The notes under the pieces: model-generated
Told to the model about the DNA's origin: nothing
Databases searched by the model: none
What the model saw: only the letters and a program-made list of their open reading frames with translations
From: Eledone cirrhosa
Taxonomy: Eukaryota
Direction of reading: 5' to 3'
Assembly (NCBI GenBank): GCA_964016885.1
Contig: OZ024742.1
Coordinates: 215,822,001 to 215,886,000, forward strand
Length of the DNA: 64,000 nt
Shown here: positions 15,500 to 28,606 of the stretch, piece by piece
Numbering within the stretch: the stretch's first letter is position 1
How the letters are laid out: each line of letters opens with the position of its first letter
Position numbers and translations under genes: made by a program

Positions 15500-16235
15500 G
15501 GACCAACAAACAAAGGAACTGAAACTACAGCCCGCAAAGCAATTTCAAATAGTTCCAACAACCGTCCGAACATAAAAGAGACAATTCCAAACCTTCTATA
15601 AACGACCACAGAATAACAAAGAAAAAAGCCTTCAGATACAGAAATACCCATTAAAGGCCGGATATAAAAGATCCTCATATTTTAGATCAAGTCGACAGAA
15701 TCCATGAAAATGGATATAACCAAAATATCGAATATAAACCTCTCAACCAAACAAATCAAAATCATTCTAAGTGGAGTAAAATACACCCCAACGCCAAAAT
15801 ACTATAACTCCAATGAGATTTTGGACGATACCCACACTTCTGCAGAAAACTTCGACGAACAGAAGAATATTTTGACAAGGAAAACTGACAAATCAATCGT
15901 GTAGGAAAAAAAACTTTGGACAACTTTTCTGAACACATATCAACTCTACCATGCAATGAACTATCACAACATACACCCAAACGCAATACCAGCCGAAAGG
16001 AATAAGAAATTATCCAATCATTAAAAAACAATAATAATATCAAAGAACCGGATAAGGGAAGTACTGTCACCAGTATTGATGTTGAACACTTTAGGAAACA
16101 CTATTTGTTCAATCCCACAAAACATTAGCTATTATGAAATAGTAAACAATTGCCAGCAATCAGGAGCGATAAACAGACACAACACACTTATTTGCTAACA
16201 TCAAAAAAGCTTAACGAAAGTAATGTGATCATTTA
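15500..16235 (+). mobile_element. Penelope-like element ORF N-terminal fragment, truncated next to a hAT end
   Basis: 'ISNINLSTKQIKIILSGVKYTPTP' (PLE NLS..LT..E..LL..GL.F.PTP) and, at 16021, 'LKNNNNIKEPDKGSTV' (IKPADKG-type motif preceding the PLE RT). Confidence 0.7.
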
Positions 16236-16238
16236 ACT

Positions 16239-18700
16239 CAAAGGTTCTCAACCCATTTTGCCCCTCGAAATCACGAAACGGCCCGTACCCTATTTTTCCA
16301 TTTTTCAATATACTACTGATTTTGATATCAGTAGATTACTAAAAAATTGATAAGCGATATTCCAAAGATACCATTGCAGGCAGTTGAAAGTATAAATACA
16401 TTCCTTGAAAGGAAGTATATATATTTCAAAAAAAGGAACATAAATGTTCTTTTTTATGAATAAGGACCAGTTGAATTTGTTATATTCCCACCAGACGATA
16501 CCAGCTATTTTGAACATTTATACAAGAGCAACTCTGTCTATCCAAAGAGTGCTCTTATCTGGAAGAAAGTGGCAATTATATTATTTCAAATCTTTCCTAA
16601 TTTTCCCTTTAATGAAAGGGACAGAATAAATGTTGATATCTAACTTGATGTCCCCTCCGCTTTGTGAGCTTAGAGACCAGGGAAAGGGTTTTCATGACCA
16701 CGTAAGAGTGTATATTCATTAGTAAACGGTAAAATATATACAACAAATTAGTAAGTAAATTGTGGTAGATGGTTTCCAGTCCAGTCAAACTGAAACTACA
16801 AATAAGAAACCGACTGACTTTGACCTCGTTTCAATGGGACCATTGAGCTTCATGGAGTTTAGCTAACTCTTTGACGTCAGGCTGGATTTTCGTAAGATGT
16901 AGCCAGAGATCTCCACGTGCAATCACATTGTAGCGGTTGCGAGCCTTACTGTGCAGTCTGGAAACAGCACCAAACACCCTCTCGACTAAGTATCAGCTAG
17001 GAAAAGGAAAAGCAGATCTCTTAACCTCTGCATGTAGGAGTGGAAATCGACGCTGAATTTCCTCTTGCATCCAAAAAAGGGGTTCACCTATTTTGGAAAT
17101 TTTAATTTTGATTACGTCATCTGTTTGAAGTTCAATTAATTCTTCCTGAAATTTAACCTCAAAATCGTCGATGTTAGCTATGAACGGATCTGCTATCCAC
17201 ATTGGGATGTCCATCTGCAAAAGTTCGACAAACCATTATATCCTGTTGTCGTGTAGCGCACGGAGGTGAGTGGTATAAATTTGGAGTTGATCATCGCTCA
17301 CAATGTTTTGAACATTGGCGACACTAGGTAAATTATAGAATTACTTTCGACAAAGATTCCTTTCGATGACTTTCAATTTGGCCAGGAATATTTTCACAAA
17401 TTCCTTGCTTTAAAGAAGGTGATCTTCTCCCCATGCAAAGCCATAATGTGGCTATTGCATTTGTCGAACATGTCGACGAGGTAGGTGCAGTCTTGCCTCA
17501 CATCGAGAGTTCTTTTGTACAGTTCTGTGTTGCGTCCTCGAAGAAACTCAATGATAAAGTCGAATAGTTCAAAGAAGCGAGTAAGGCACTTGCCCTTTAA
17601 AAGCCACCTTACTTCAGTATGAAGGAGCAACTCGACGAATTCTTCGTCATTATCTTCGCACAGTTGCCGGAAAATTCGTTCATTGAGGGAATGGCGTTTG
17701 ATATAATTGATGACATCAATGGCTACCTGCAAAGATTTGCTCAGTGGTTCGCTGAGTTTCTTCGCGGCCAAGTGTTGTCGATGAATGAACAGCAAATACA
17801 GATGGATTTTTCCCTCTTCAGAAGAGGGACGAAACCCTTATGTAGGCCGACCATTGCTCTTGCGCCGCCGTAGCACATGATACAATATTGTTAAGAGGTA
17901 CCTTTTTCTCTTCGAGGTATCCCTTGACAGATTCAAAGATGGTTGCACCTTTAGTATCTGTGGCTAGATTCAGAGTGAAGAGAGGCTCCTGGTGCATTTC
18001 GTTTTGGTGGAAAAATCGCACGTATCACAGTAGTAAGGACTGATTCCTGGAAAGTGTGCTTTCATCAAGTTGCAAAACAAATTGTGTCGATTTCAAGATG
18101 TTGCATAACTTTTGTTTAACATTTTCCGCCATTTCGTCGATGCGTCTCCTTATTGAGTCGTTACTCAACGGAATACATTTCAAGGTCTTTAACGGGTTAT
18201 GACGTAGTACTGTTGAAAGAATTTCTGAGATGACAGGAGCTACCAATGTTTCACCCAAGGAATGGGGCTTGCCACACTTTGTGATTATGTTGGCAATATT
18301 GTAAGATGAGACAAGTTCATCAACATTTAAAGCTTCAACTTTTGAAAAGGCAGAAGAAATTAGTGTTGTTTTCTGAAATTGGTCCCTAAGAGACTGAAAG
18401 TATGCTAAATCTGTATATCTCTTATCGGGGTGCCTCACCTCCAGGTGTCTACTCAAACGCGATGTCGTCATCGACTCATTCGAAAAGAAATCCTTGCAAA
18501 TTAAACACATGGGTGACAGATGGTTCGATGGCGATGGGATGAATCCGAACCGTAAGTAATCAACGCTGTACTGCCTGCATTTTTTCTTCATTGCTGAGGC
18601 CATTTTCTGTTTATCGAATGTGTTTGGTAAAATTACGCAAAGATTTGCCTATATAAGCCTATAAAATTATGCATAAGGAACTTACTATAATGAGTCCTGT
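16239..18700 (-). mobile_element. Decayed hAT DNA transposon, Charlie/Buster group (SCAND3/ZBED5-like transposase)
   Basis: ORF 18025-18603 'RQYSVDYLRFGF..PMCLIC..SNESM..L.RHL...HP..LSNDSIRRRIDEMA..LQLDEST'. ORF 17394-17795 'IHRQHLAAK..LLHTEVRWL.KG'. ORF 16993-17220 leads into a C-terminal dimerisation motif 'FPS*YLVERVFG'. Charlie-like terminus 'caaaggttctcaac' at 16239. Confidence 0.9.
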
Positions 18701-19336
18701 TCCAGTATGATAAAGTTTCAAGTAATGTTCTGGAATAACGCTTTGTAATAAACACAATTGCAATGAAAAACTCAAATACTGTCGTTAATTAACCAAGTCG
18801 AGACAAGTTATATATGAAGATTAAGCAGTCTTTCATGTAGGAATAGTAATAACTTAGCTTGTGAGAATGAAAGTGGCAGACTCAATGAGGCAACGAGTTC
18901 AAGAGAACTTAATGCAAGAATGACTAGTAATGTGCTATTTTGAAATGGAATACATCAATTAAGCACGTAGTGATAAGACGCGATAATACCAAGTTAAGAC
19001 ATTACTTATTAGTCAGAGTTACTCAAATTATCACCCTTACCTTAATGCATCACTGTGATATTCTTGTATTGGTGGTGCAATTATAATGGATGACTGTTGA
19101 AGACTACACGAACACATCCTTAAGCCCAAGGCTATAACAAGACTTGATAAACAGTCAGTTTATATAGGAATAGCAACAACCTAGTTATAGAATAATTGAT
19201 GAGGAAATGCAATGAAGATAAGATGGGGTCAAGCAAACCGAATGTTAATAAGAATGAGCTGAAGTATCGAGGTCAAGCCGAACACGGTGATGAACGGGTC
19301 AGTGAATTCAATTCATGAATAATGTTGCTCTTTTCC

Positions 19337-20760
19337 AGGCGCCTCGTTTGTCTTAAAAATGTGAGGGGGACAAACCGACATTTGTTGGAGCATTTTAGTA
19401 TTACTTATGGTGTATTTCCTGAACCCTATCACATAAGTAAAAGTTTACGCTAATTAAATTTTATATATTTAAATGAAGTTTAGATATAAGAAATAAGCTT
19501 AACATGTATTTATTATATCAAATAAACAAAAAATAAAACATAGACGTTTGAATAAAAATCATATAAAGTAAATTTATTGTCTTTTAGAACTTTCCAAATG
19601 TATCATATCTCGCATCATTGCATTGCTGTCAATAAATAATTTAGCAGCTTCTTCTCAACTAATCTTTTTCAAAACATCTCTATGAACGTGGCATATTAGA
19701 ATATGATTCAAACTTTACTGAGTCATGGTCGATCGCAACCAAGTTTGAGTCTCTGCAGAGCGCTAAAATATCTTTCAGCTTCACAAAAACTGGTTGGAAA
19801 CATTAAAAGCAGCCTTAGCAATCGCTCAAGATTTAGAAACATGCGACGGACTTCTGGTTGCATTTCACCGAATATTTTACGATGATCCTTGAGAGATGAT
19901 CCATTATGATGATTTCTATAAAAAAGTATTTCGTTCCTTAAAGAAAATTCATCAAGCTCAGGATAGTACATGCTCACTTCAGCACAAACATTTCCATTTT
20001 GTAAAACATTGCTCAGTTTTTCATAATCTGCTAAATCCTGTGAAAAAAAAAAATCTTTCAAATTTGATATTGCAGTATCCATTACCTGCAAATATGGCAC
20101 TCTGTAATGATCCAAAGCAGTGCAGTGTTGATATGTTAAGGCATTTCCTTCCTGGTATCTTTTAGGAACTTTTCGTTGCCTCCAGAGGAGAAATATCGAG
20201 TTGATAAATCACTTTTTCTGCTGTATTGAACAGCTCCTGAAATTGTTCTTCACTGCGTAGATTGCTTAGCTCCTCCTGCACCAATTTGACACTATGCAAC
20301 ATGCTACATAGATTGAAGGTGGTACTTTGAAAAGATTTGTTCAATCCTTCAAGGATTTGAAGTAATGGAACTACAACGTGCAATCCAAGAACACATTGGC
20401 CCGGAGAGTGGCACGTAAGAATAACATTAGCTCTGGATGCAATGTTGGTGCCAAATTCATTTGTTGCCTCTTGTAAAGAAATAGGGACATCTGAATAATT
20501 GTCAAGAAGGGCTTTGACTGCAGAAAGTCATGTTAGCCATCGAGTAGGGCACACGTGTTTTAAGGAGCGTGGTGACGATACTTCATTTTCTTCATCATGT
20601 TGTGATAAATACGCGTGCTTAAATTTCCCTGATGTACTATATCGTTTCCGCAATTCATTCATGTAATCTAGAACATTTTTGTGAAGCTTGTTGTACGGAC
20701 CTAGCTATAAAAAGTTGAGAAATATGAATGCCGCAGTGCACGCAATGGGCCAAATCAAGT
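19337..20760 (-). mobile_element. Second decayed hAT transposase fragment (ZMYM1-like group), C-terminal half
   Basis: Minus strand 'CPTRWL' (~20535-20552), 'LEGLNKSFQS', and the hAT dimerisation motif 'FPTSFCEAERYFSALQRLK' (ORF 19723-20115), followed by 'CHVHRD'. Left boundary approximate. Confidence 0.85.
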
Positions 20761-21189
20761 TATGTTAGAATCTTTAAAAAGATTTAAATACAAAAGAAGT
20801 TTGAGTCCAAAACAAAAGCAAACTAATTCAAATTATATATTTTTGAAAAATAGACGTGAATGTTCTCAAAACTTGATTTCAGTCGAAAAAGCTTTTTTTT
20901 TAAATTCTATATTTCACTGTTAACTGTTGTAATATTTTAATTGGATAAACAATTCTACAATTCAAACTGTAAAGTCAAAATACAAAAGATGTAAAATATG
21001 AAGAATTTCTTACCTTTCTCTGAAATCACAAACTCGGGGGAAAATAGTACCTTGCAAAATAAAATACCTCGTAGCAAAATAAAATACTCAGCAACGAATG
21101 AATTGAGAACTTGGTGACAATGAGAAAGTAGTATGTGTATCCCTTATATATATATATGCATAGATAGATACACGGAGACACACACACAC

Positions 21190-21440
<251 letters not shown>

Positions 21441-21553
21441 AATTAAGAGAGAAAGAGGGAGGGACAGAGAGAGTAAGAAATGTGTGTGTTTGGTACTATC
21501 TATCTATCTATCTAATTGAAAGACATCGAAAATATCGTCGGTTTTGAAAATAC

Positions 21554-22500
21554 GATGTCGGACGTTGATTGTAACATCAAACATCTAACACCTAACACAA
21601 ACACCAGTAACATGCAAAATATAAGCAACACCAACCAGAACAACAACAACAACAAAAATCACAACAAGAACAACAACAGAAACAATGATAACAACAACAA
21701 CAGCAACAATGATAACACAACACCACCAACAACAACAGCAACACGAACAACTCCACGAACAAGGAAAATATTTCCTTTGCGCAAACCGTCCAAAAGACGG
21801 AACTGTTCACATACCTTGACATTTCCAATGCTAGGGAAATGTTAAGTGATGCAAAACAGTACGTAACTTTTGGTGAGAGTGGTGCTTTCAGTATCACTTC
21901 TCCTCAACAGTTACGCAGAGAAACTGTTCTAAAAACAGTAATTTTTAGGACGGTTTCAAATGTGTCGAAAAAACCAGTTCAATTATCCCAAAACGATATT
22001 GAACTGGTTCTGAAGAATTCCATGAAGGATATTGCCTTCATCCAAAAAGGGAAACATTTTGGAAGCATTTCGGTTTGTTGGAAGACCAATTGACAGTACA
22101 AAAATATTCTGTATCGCCGATTGTGTCCCGGCTTTACACATTTTCCCCCCACATATATGGGAAAAGAACGCAAAAAATAAAAATGTTGAACATTGCACCA
22201 AATGTAAACGTCTGGTGGATTCTAACTTGCTTCATCGATTTCGACGAAGACACCATCATTTCGGTGGGAAAGCCCTCCAGAGGCACATTCAATGGTACAA
22301 GCATGGAAGTTCTGGTCCAAATGAGACCAGAACGGATAGCTAAAATACTCCAACGTGTGCCTCTGGATGGAATTTCACACATAAACATTTCTGTTGAAGG
22401 TAGGCGGCCTTCATGTTACCACTGTTTAAGCAGTGGTCACCTGAAGGCTTACTGTCCTCAGTTAACTACAAAAAAAGAGGCACTACTGCCAACACCCTAA
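21554..22500 (+). pseudogene. LINE ORF1 (gag-like, zinc knuckle), disrupted
   Basis: Asn/Thr-rich N-terminus, then ORF 21839-22093 and ORF 22075-22500 ending 'GRRPSCYHCLSSGHLKAYCP' (CX2CX4HX4C). Confidence 0.8.
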
Positions 22501-23396
22501 ACAACAACACAACCACCACCACCACCACCACCACAACAAAAACAACAACACGCAAACACAACCAAAACAAGAACAACAAACCAACCTGCAAGCACAGTCC
22601 CACACATCCCCACTCCACCTAAAACCACTGCAAAAACACCCACAAACACAACAGTTCCCAAAACATACCCCTTCCAAATAACACAGACACCACAACGGAC
22701 GAGGCCCCCACATCATCACCAAGTGACGATGAGGGAGAGCCTCTCCGTTTGAAAAGAAAGAAGAGAAGACACCACAAGAACGACAAAACAACAAACATCA
22801 CTACAAACATACAACCACCAACACAAACAACACAAACAACAGAAACATTACAACCCCCCCCCCCCCCCCGCCCGTCCCGAAAGCAAAACCACGACATCAC
22901 TCTAAACACAAACACCTACAACAATACGAAAGCTCCCACAAGAACAACAGACAAAAACCACCGCAACACAACAAGAACATTACACATACATAAACAGTCA
23001 AAACAAAACTTTAATGGAGGACATATCCAACGACCCTTCGGTTTTCACCGAAGGGAAAACTTTTTCGAACTGTGTAGACAAACCTTAATTTAAAGATGAT
23101 TAGGGTCCCTACGGACACCTATAAGTCTTTAAAGGAAAACTTTCCTAAGGACGTGGGTAATCCTTGTGTTAAACCCATTAACCGCGTCCTTTTAAAAAGT
23201 GTCCACACCCTCACCTCAGACACCCCCCACCCCACCCCATACACCCCCACTCTACCAAACATCTCCGTCCCCTCCCCACCGGAAACCACCACCCACCCAG
23301 ACATCCCCTCTAACACCCCCATGGAAACCGTGCGGCCTGATACCCGGGAGACGAAGAGGTGAGTCTTTTCTTCTCTTTTAACTTTTCAGAACCAAC

Positions 23397-26300
23397 ATGG
23401 CCAATATAAGAGTTGGATGTGTGAATGCACGCGGCCTGGGGATGCCCTGGAAACCGGGCAAACTCTTAAACGACCTCAGGTCGCACAGTATGGATGTAGT
23501 AGCCATTTGCGAGTACAGGATCCACAGCGAGCGACAGCTGGCCCCCATCTTCGATGACTTTGGGATCTATGCATCTTTCTGTCGGCCGGGGGGTGGGGGC
23601 GGGTTGCCGATTGGCTGCGGAAAGACCTGGGCCTCGTAACACAGACGGTACATCTGGACCCGGAGGGTCGACTGGTGGTCCTAGACGTTGTCGGTAGTGA
23701 AGGTGGAGCTTTCAGGCTGGTGGCCGCATAGGCCTCATCCGGGACACCGCGGCCAGACTTCTTCAAATGTCTAGAGACTTTTCTGGGAACGTCCCGCTCC
23801 TTGCTTTTAGTGGGGGACTGAAATGGATTCCTAGATGCACGTTGGGACTATGTGGGAGCATGTCCCGATAAAGGGGGGTGTAACAGCCTCAAACAGTTAA
23901 TCGGCCGATTTGACCTGGCCGATAGATATCGACTAGATTTTTCGACTGTGCCACTGTGGACGTGGACTAATCGCAGCGGAACATCTAGATCGTACATAGA
24001 TAGGGTTCTAGTTAGAAATAAGGATAGGGACATGTTAAGCTGTCCACAATGTTCATGGTTGCCTATTCAGATCACAAACTAGTGACCTGCATGATCAACC
24101 TTGATAGAACCCATAGACAAGGACCCGGCTACTGGAAGCTGACCTTGTCGTTACCGACATGCAAAGCCTACAGCAGACAGATTAGCACTTTAGTTAAACA
24201 GCACTTGACAGGGGCCATTGTCAACAACAGATGGTGGTACTCTCTCAAGAGGGCAGTTAGATTAGACTCGTTAGTTTTTAGTAAAGAATTAGCGTTAGAT
24301 AGAAATAGAACCGAGAAGGAACTGGTAGATATAGTAGAAGAGGCAATTAGAAGTGGCAACGTAGCCAGCGTGCTAACAAGGAGAACGGCCTTGGACCAGT
24401 TCTTTGACGCAAAGCACGAAGGCTGCATTGTCAGAAGCAAAATACGTGCTCTGGGAAACGAGGGAGCCAAAGCTGTTACCTGGGCCCGAGTGACGGAGGC
24501 AAAAAGTGGCAACAAGTCCACGATTCGGTCTTTGAAGGACCAAAACGGACGCGTGATACGTGAGCCGAAGCAGATGTGTGCGGCCTTGCAGCGGCACTTT
24601 GCTCAACTGTTCGGGAAGGGCGGCGCGCCGGGAGGGGCTTTGGATTTTGGTCCATACCTCGACGGCTTACAGCGACTCTCGGACAGCGAGGCAAAGTTCT
24701 GCGAAAAGCCGATTTCGGCCGCTCAGATAGGGGACGCGCTGAGCCAATGCATCAAACGCAAATCTCCAGGTCTCGACGGTCTACCCTACAAATTTTACGT
24801 AGCAATGCCGGACTTATTCTCCGGTCTTCTGGAAGCGGCCTACTGCAACTGGCAACATAACGGGAGAATTCCCAGTTCTGTGACTGGGGGCGTAATCACA
24901 CTAGTCAGGAAGGACGAGAATAAAGGGGATGACATAGGCAGCTTCCGGCCTATAACCCTGCTAAACACAGAGTTACAGATTTTGGCCAAGGTGTTGGCAA
25001 AGAGGCTGGCGCTTGTCGTCGGAAACCTGGTGGGAGAAGCGCAGACATGCGCAATCCCGATCAGGTCCATACACGACAACCTCCACCTCATGCGATACAT
25101 CATAGAGAGGGTAGGGTGTATACCCGGCTTCCGTTGGGCCCTGATCAACTTGGATCAGTCTAAGGCTTTCGATAGGGTTGACCATCGTTATCTGGATGCT
25201 GTGCTCGAGGCGGCAGGCTTCGGACCCATGTTCAGGGGCTGGATTGCTGCAATGCAAAAAGCAACATCTGCTCAAGGGTCAAGGTGAACGGCTACCTCTC
25301 GGAGCCGTTCCATATCCCGCGATCCATTCGACAAGGATGCCGCTCTCCTCCCTTGTGTAAGTACTGACTCTCGGGCCACTACTGCGGAAGTTGGAGCTAT
25401 TGCAGGGCATCCCTCATGAACCAGGACTGCGGAAAGCGGCATCGGCCTACGCCGACGACGTAACAGTAATTGTGTCGAGCGTCTCGCAAATCGAGGAAGT
25501 CGGCACTTTACTGAAGGAATACGAAAGGTTCACAGGAGCGAAGCTGAACCGGGACAAGTCCCTCGGTTTGCAATTCGGATCGTGGAGAGGCAAACCGATG
25601 CCTTCCGATGGCGTCGGCGGACGCTGGACGGAAGGAGCGGTAAAGCTGCTCGGGGTCTGGTTTGGTCCAGACCTCCAGGTGGAGAAGAACTGGAACGAGG
25701 TGACGGCCAAGGTGTTTGCACCCACACAGAAGTGGGCCGAGTGCAAACTATCCTTGAAATGTCGAGCGGAGGTGGCGAACACTTTTATACGTCCGCCATC
25801 TACTACCGCTTGACCGTCGTGCCTTGTCCAGCCAAAACGCTCACCAAACTGGAGCGCGCGCTCTTCCAATTCTTTTGGAAGAGCCGGGCTCCTTTGGTGA
25901 GAAGATCCATCTGCTGCCAACACCCTTCCAACGGAGGGCTGGGGATGCCGAGGCTGACGATGCGCAAACACGCGCTCAGGCTGCGGCATCTCTACGTATT
26001 CCTCACCGGACAACTGGTGTGGGCCCCGTTCGTGAGGCTAGCCTTCCCACGACTCATCTCGCTGACCGAGCTGCAGTCCTGGGTCAAGCAAAGACCGAGG
26101 AAAATGGGCGACTGGCACATCGAATGGGCTCAGGCGCTCACAGCCCTCTGGCAGGCGGACCCGGCGATTAGTGGAGACTCCACTTCGTCATTCTATAGAG
26201 GGTTGATCCGCAGCAAGTGCGACGACATGCTCGGTGAAACTCTGGGCGTAGAGGAAGACGAACTGGCCAGTCTGTTCGGTAGGACCTTCCGCCCGGGACC

Positions 26301-26829
26301 GATGGACAACTTCCAAAAGTCCCTGGCTTGGCAGTGTTACTGAGGAGTTCTACCAGTTCGTGACAAGCTCTACAGACATGGGCACCCGGGCAGGGACACT
26401 GCAAAAAAGATCTGTCCGAGGTGCGTGCGAGACGAAGAAACCGTCGCGCACGCATTCATACACTTTCCGGGCGTCACCGACCCGTGGGGCTATGTAGAAC
26501 GACTATTGTCGCGGGTGGGACCAATCCAGTTGACCACCGACACCTTTGTCATGATCAAACGGCCACCTTCCTTCAAAAACGAACGAGAGGCGGTTTTCCT
26601 TTGTTTGTTAGTTATGACGAAAGAGGTTGTATGGTGGACAAGGTTGAAAGGGCTGAGGTCAGACACATTTCTCTCCGGCCAACAACTGATCCTTTTTTTC
26701 AAATACCACTTTGGAAGAAGAATCAGGATGGAGAGAGAGGTGCTGTACCCCAGCAAAGTTTATGAAAGGTAGGTGAAAGTGGCGAGAATGGCCCGAGTGA
26801 ATGGGCCTTCTCTCTATATCAGCCTGTAG
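23397..26829 (+). pseudogene. LINE ORF2 (APE endonuclease + reverse transcriptase), several stops and frameshifts
   Basis: 'VGCVNARGL', 'RSYIDRVL', 'YSDHKLV', 'GPGYWKL', 'KSPGLDGLP', 'FRPITLLN', 'LDQSKAFDRVDH', 'AYADDVT', 'GGLGMP', 'CPRC..EETVAHAF'. Confidence 0.93.
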
Positions 26830-27081
26830 GTTGAGAAAAAGAGGAGGAGAGGAAAGGAGTACAAACTCTTCGTACTCCTGGAGATGAGGGTTGCACATTT
26901 TTTTTCGGGGCTATGTGTTACCCATACGTATTGTCTCCCCCTATTGGGGAAAATCGACTAATTTTTAAATTGCATTTGTGATAATATTTTACACGTTTTT
27001 ATTGTATGTAAACTTCCCCCTTTGTATTCGTCCCCTTCTTTTGTTCCCTTGTGGCTAATAAAGAAACATATCTATCTCCAA

Positions 27082-27485
27082 CAGGGGGCTCAAACATGCA
27101 GCACGCGAACTACTTTTCTGTGGCCCGTGGTAGAACCAATATTTCAGATTCCATTATAACTGGTGTAAATAAGACGGTGAGCTGGTGGAATCGTTAGAAC
27201 ATCTGGCGAAATGCTTAACGGTACTTCTTCCGTTTTTACGTTCTGAGTTCAAATTCCGCCGAACTCAACTGTGCCTTTCATCCTTTGGGGTCGATAAATT
27301 AAGTACCAGTTGTGTACTAGGATCGATGCAATCGACTGAACACTAAACCCCAAATGTCATGCCTTGTTTCCATAGTAGAAATGATTATAACTGGTGAAAA
27401 TCTTCACACACCACCACGTTTGGACCTCTATGCCTCTCCTCCGGGACGTAATGGCCCTTTTGTGTCCTTCAGTTTGAGACCCCTC
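27082..27485. mobile_element. hAT/Charlie-type MITE interrupted by a SINE
   Basis: Termini 'cagggggctcaaac' (27082) and 'gtttgagacccct' (~27472-27484) are inverted repeats; subterminal 'tggcccg'/'tggccc' motifs. No clean 8-bp TSD. Confidence 0.65.
27153..27401 (+). mobile_element. tRNA-type SINE with an 18-bp target-site duplication
   Basis: Head 'ggtgagctggtggaatcgttag', B-box-like 'gagttcaaattcc', core 'gcctttcatcctttggggtcgataaattaagtaccag'. TSD attataactggtg(t/a)aaat at 27153 and 27384. Confidence 0.9.
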
Positions 27486-27534
27486 TTCTACCCAAACACA
27501 CACAGACACACACACACACACACATATATTTTAC

Positions 27535-27790
27535 TTTTTTTCTGTCTCTGGACTACGCCCATACTGGAGCACCACCTTGGTAAGTTATGGGGACGTCAAC
27601 AAACCAACAAGCATTGGTGGGAGGGCACATACAAACGCAAAGACACACACGGACATATATACATATACACGACGGGCTTCTTTTAGTTTCAGTCTATCAA
27701 ATTCACCCTCATGGCTTTGGTCGGCACGGGCAGTGTGACTGAACCCGGAAATATGTGGTTGGGAAGCAAGCTTCTTGACACACTGCGTAT
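27535..27790 (-). mobile_element. Second SINE family (tRNA-like head at right end), internally deleted
   Basis: The reverse complement reads 'aagaagcttgcttcccaaccacatatttccgggttcagtcacactgc..ccgaccaaagcc..gactgaaactaaaagaagcccgtcg', recalled as an octopus SINE layout; not database-verified. Confidence 0.65.
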
Positions 27791-28150
27791 ATATATATAT
27801 ATATATGTGTGTGTGTGAGTGTATAATATATATATCACACACACACAGAAACATTTATATATATATATAACATTACACACTTAAATATAAATGCATGTAT
27901 TTATACAAATGTATAAATGCATAGCTATATACATACGTAAATGTATGTATATATATATATGTAGATTTATATATATATATATGTGTATGTATGTGTATGT
28001 GTGTATGTATGTATGTATATATGTATGTACATTTATATATATATGTATGTAGATTTATATATATATGTATGTATGTATGTATGTAGATTTATATATATAT
28101 ATATATTTATATGTATGTAGATTTATATATATATATTTATATGTATATAG

Positions 28151-28228
<78 letters not shown>

Positions 28229-28234
<6 letters not shown>

Positions 28235-28459
28235 AGAAATGTTAGCTCTCGCCGTATTTTGACTAAAGAAATTAAAGAAATTATTTAGCCTGATAGTGGG
28301 GTTAAGAACCCTCGGAGAAATGGAAAAAGATGAGTATTGACGTACATGTACGTCAATACTTTTTCCATTTCTCCGAGGGTTCTTAACCCCACTATCAGGC
28401 TAAATAATTTCTTTAATTTCTTTAGTCAAAATACGGCGATAGCTAACATTTCTAATAAT
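28229..28459. repeat. Spacer-less palindrome, ~115-bp arms
   Basis: Centre 'gacgtaca|tgtacgtc' at 28346/28347; arms are identical apart from a ~5-nt bulge and one substitution. Confidence 0.97.
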
Positions 28460-28606
28460 TTCAAATCCACTCGCTGTTTAGAAAATATTCTTACTTGATA
28501 TATATATATATGATAGAACACTGGAAGGTAATATCCTAGTGGTAGAGCACTCAGTCCATGGGACGAGTTAGGTAGTAGTGGTTACACAACAGTTAGTTCA
28601 CCATAC

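Larger units (their letters stand above)
21515..27067 (+). mobile_element. Near full-length Tx1/L1-clade LINE (ORF1 + ORF2 + 3'UTR), inactivated
   Basis: ORF1 has a CCHC knuckle; ORF2 has APE, RT and a C-terminal Cys/His motif. The 3' end is 'gtggctaataaagaaac'. TATC repeats lie on both flanks. Confidence 0.92.

Noticed and set aside
27171-27260. tRNA gene
   Set aside because: A/B-box-like head belongs to a SINE; no cloverleaf.
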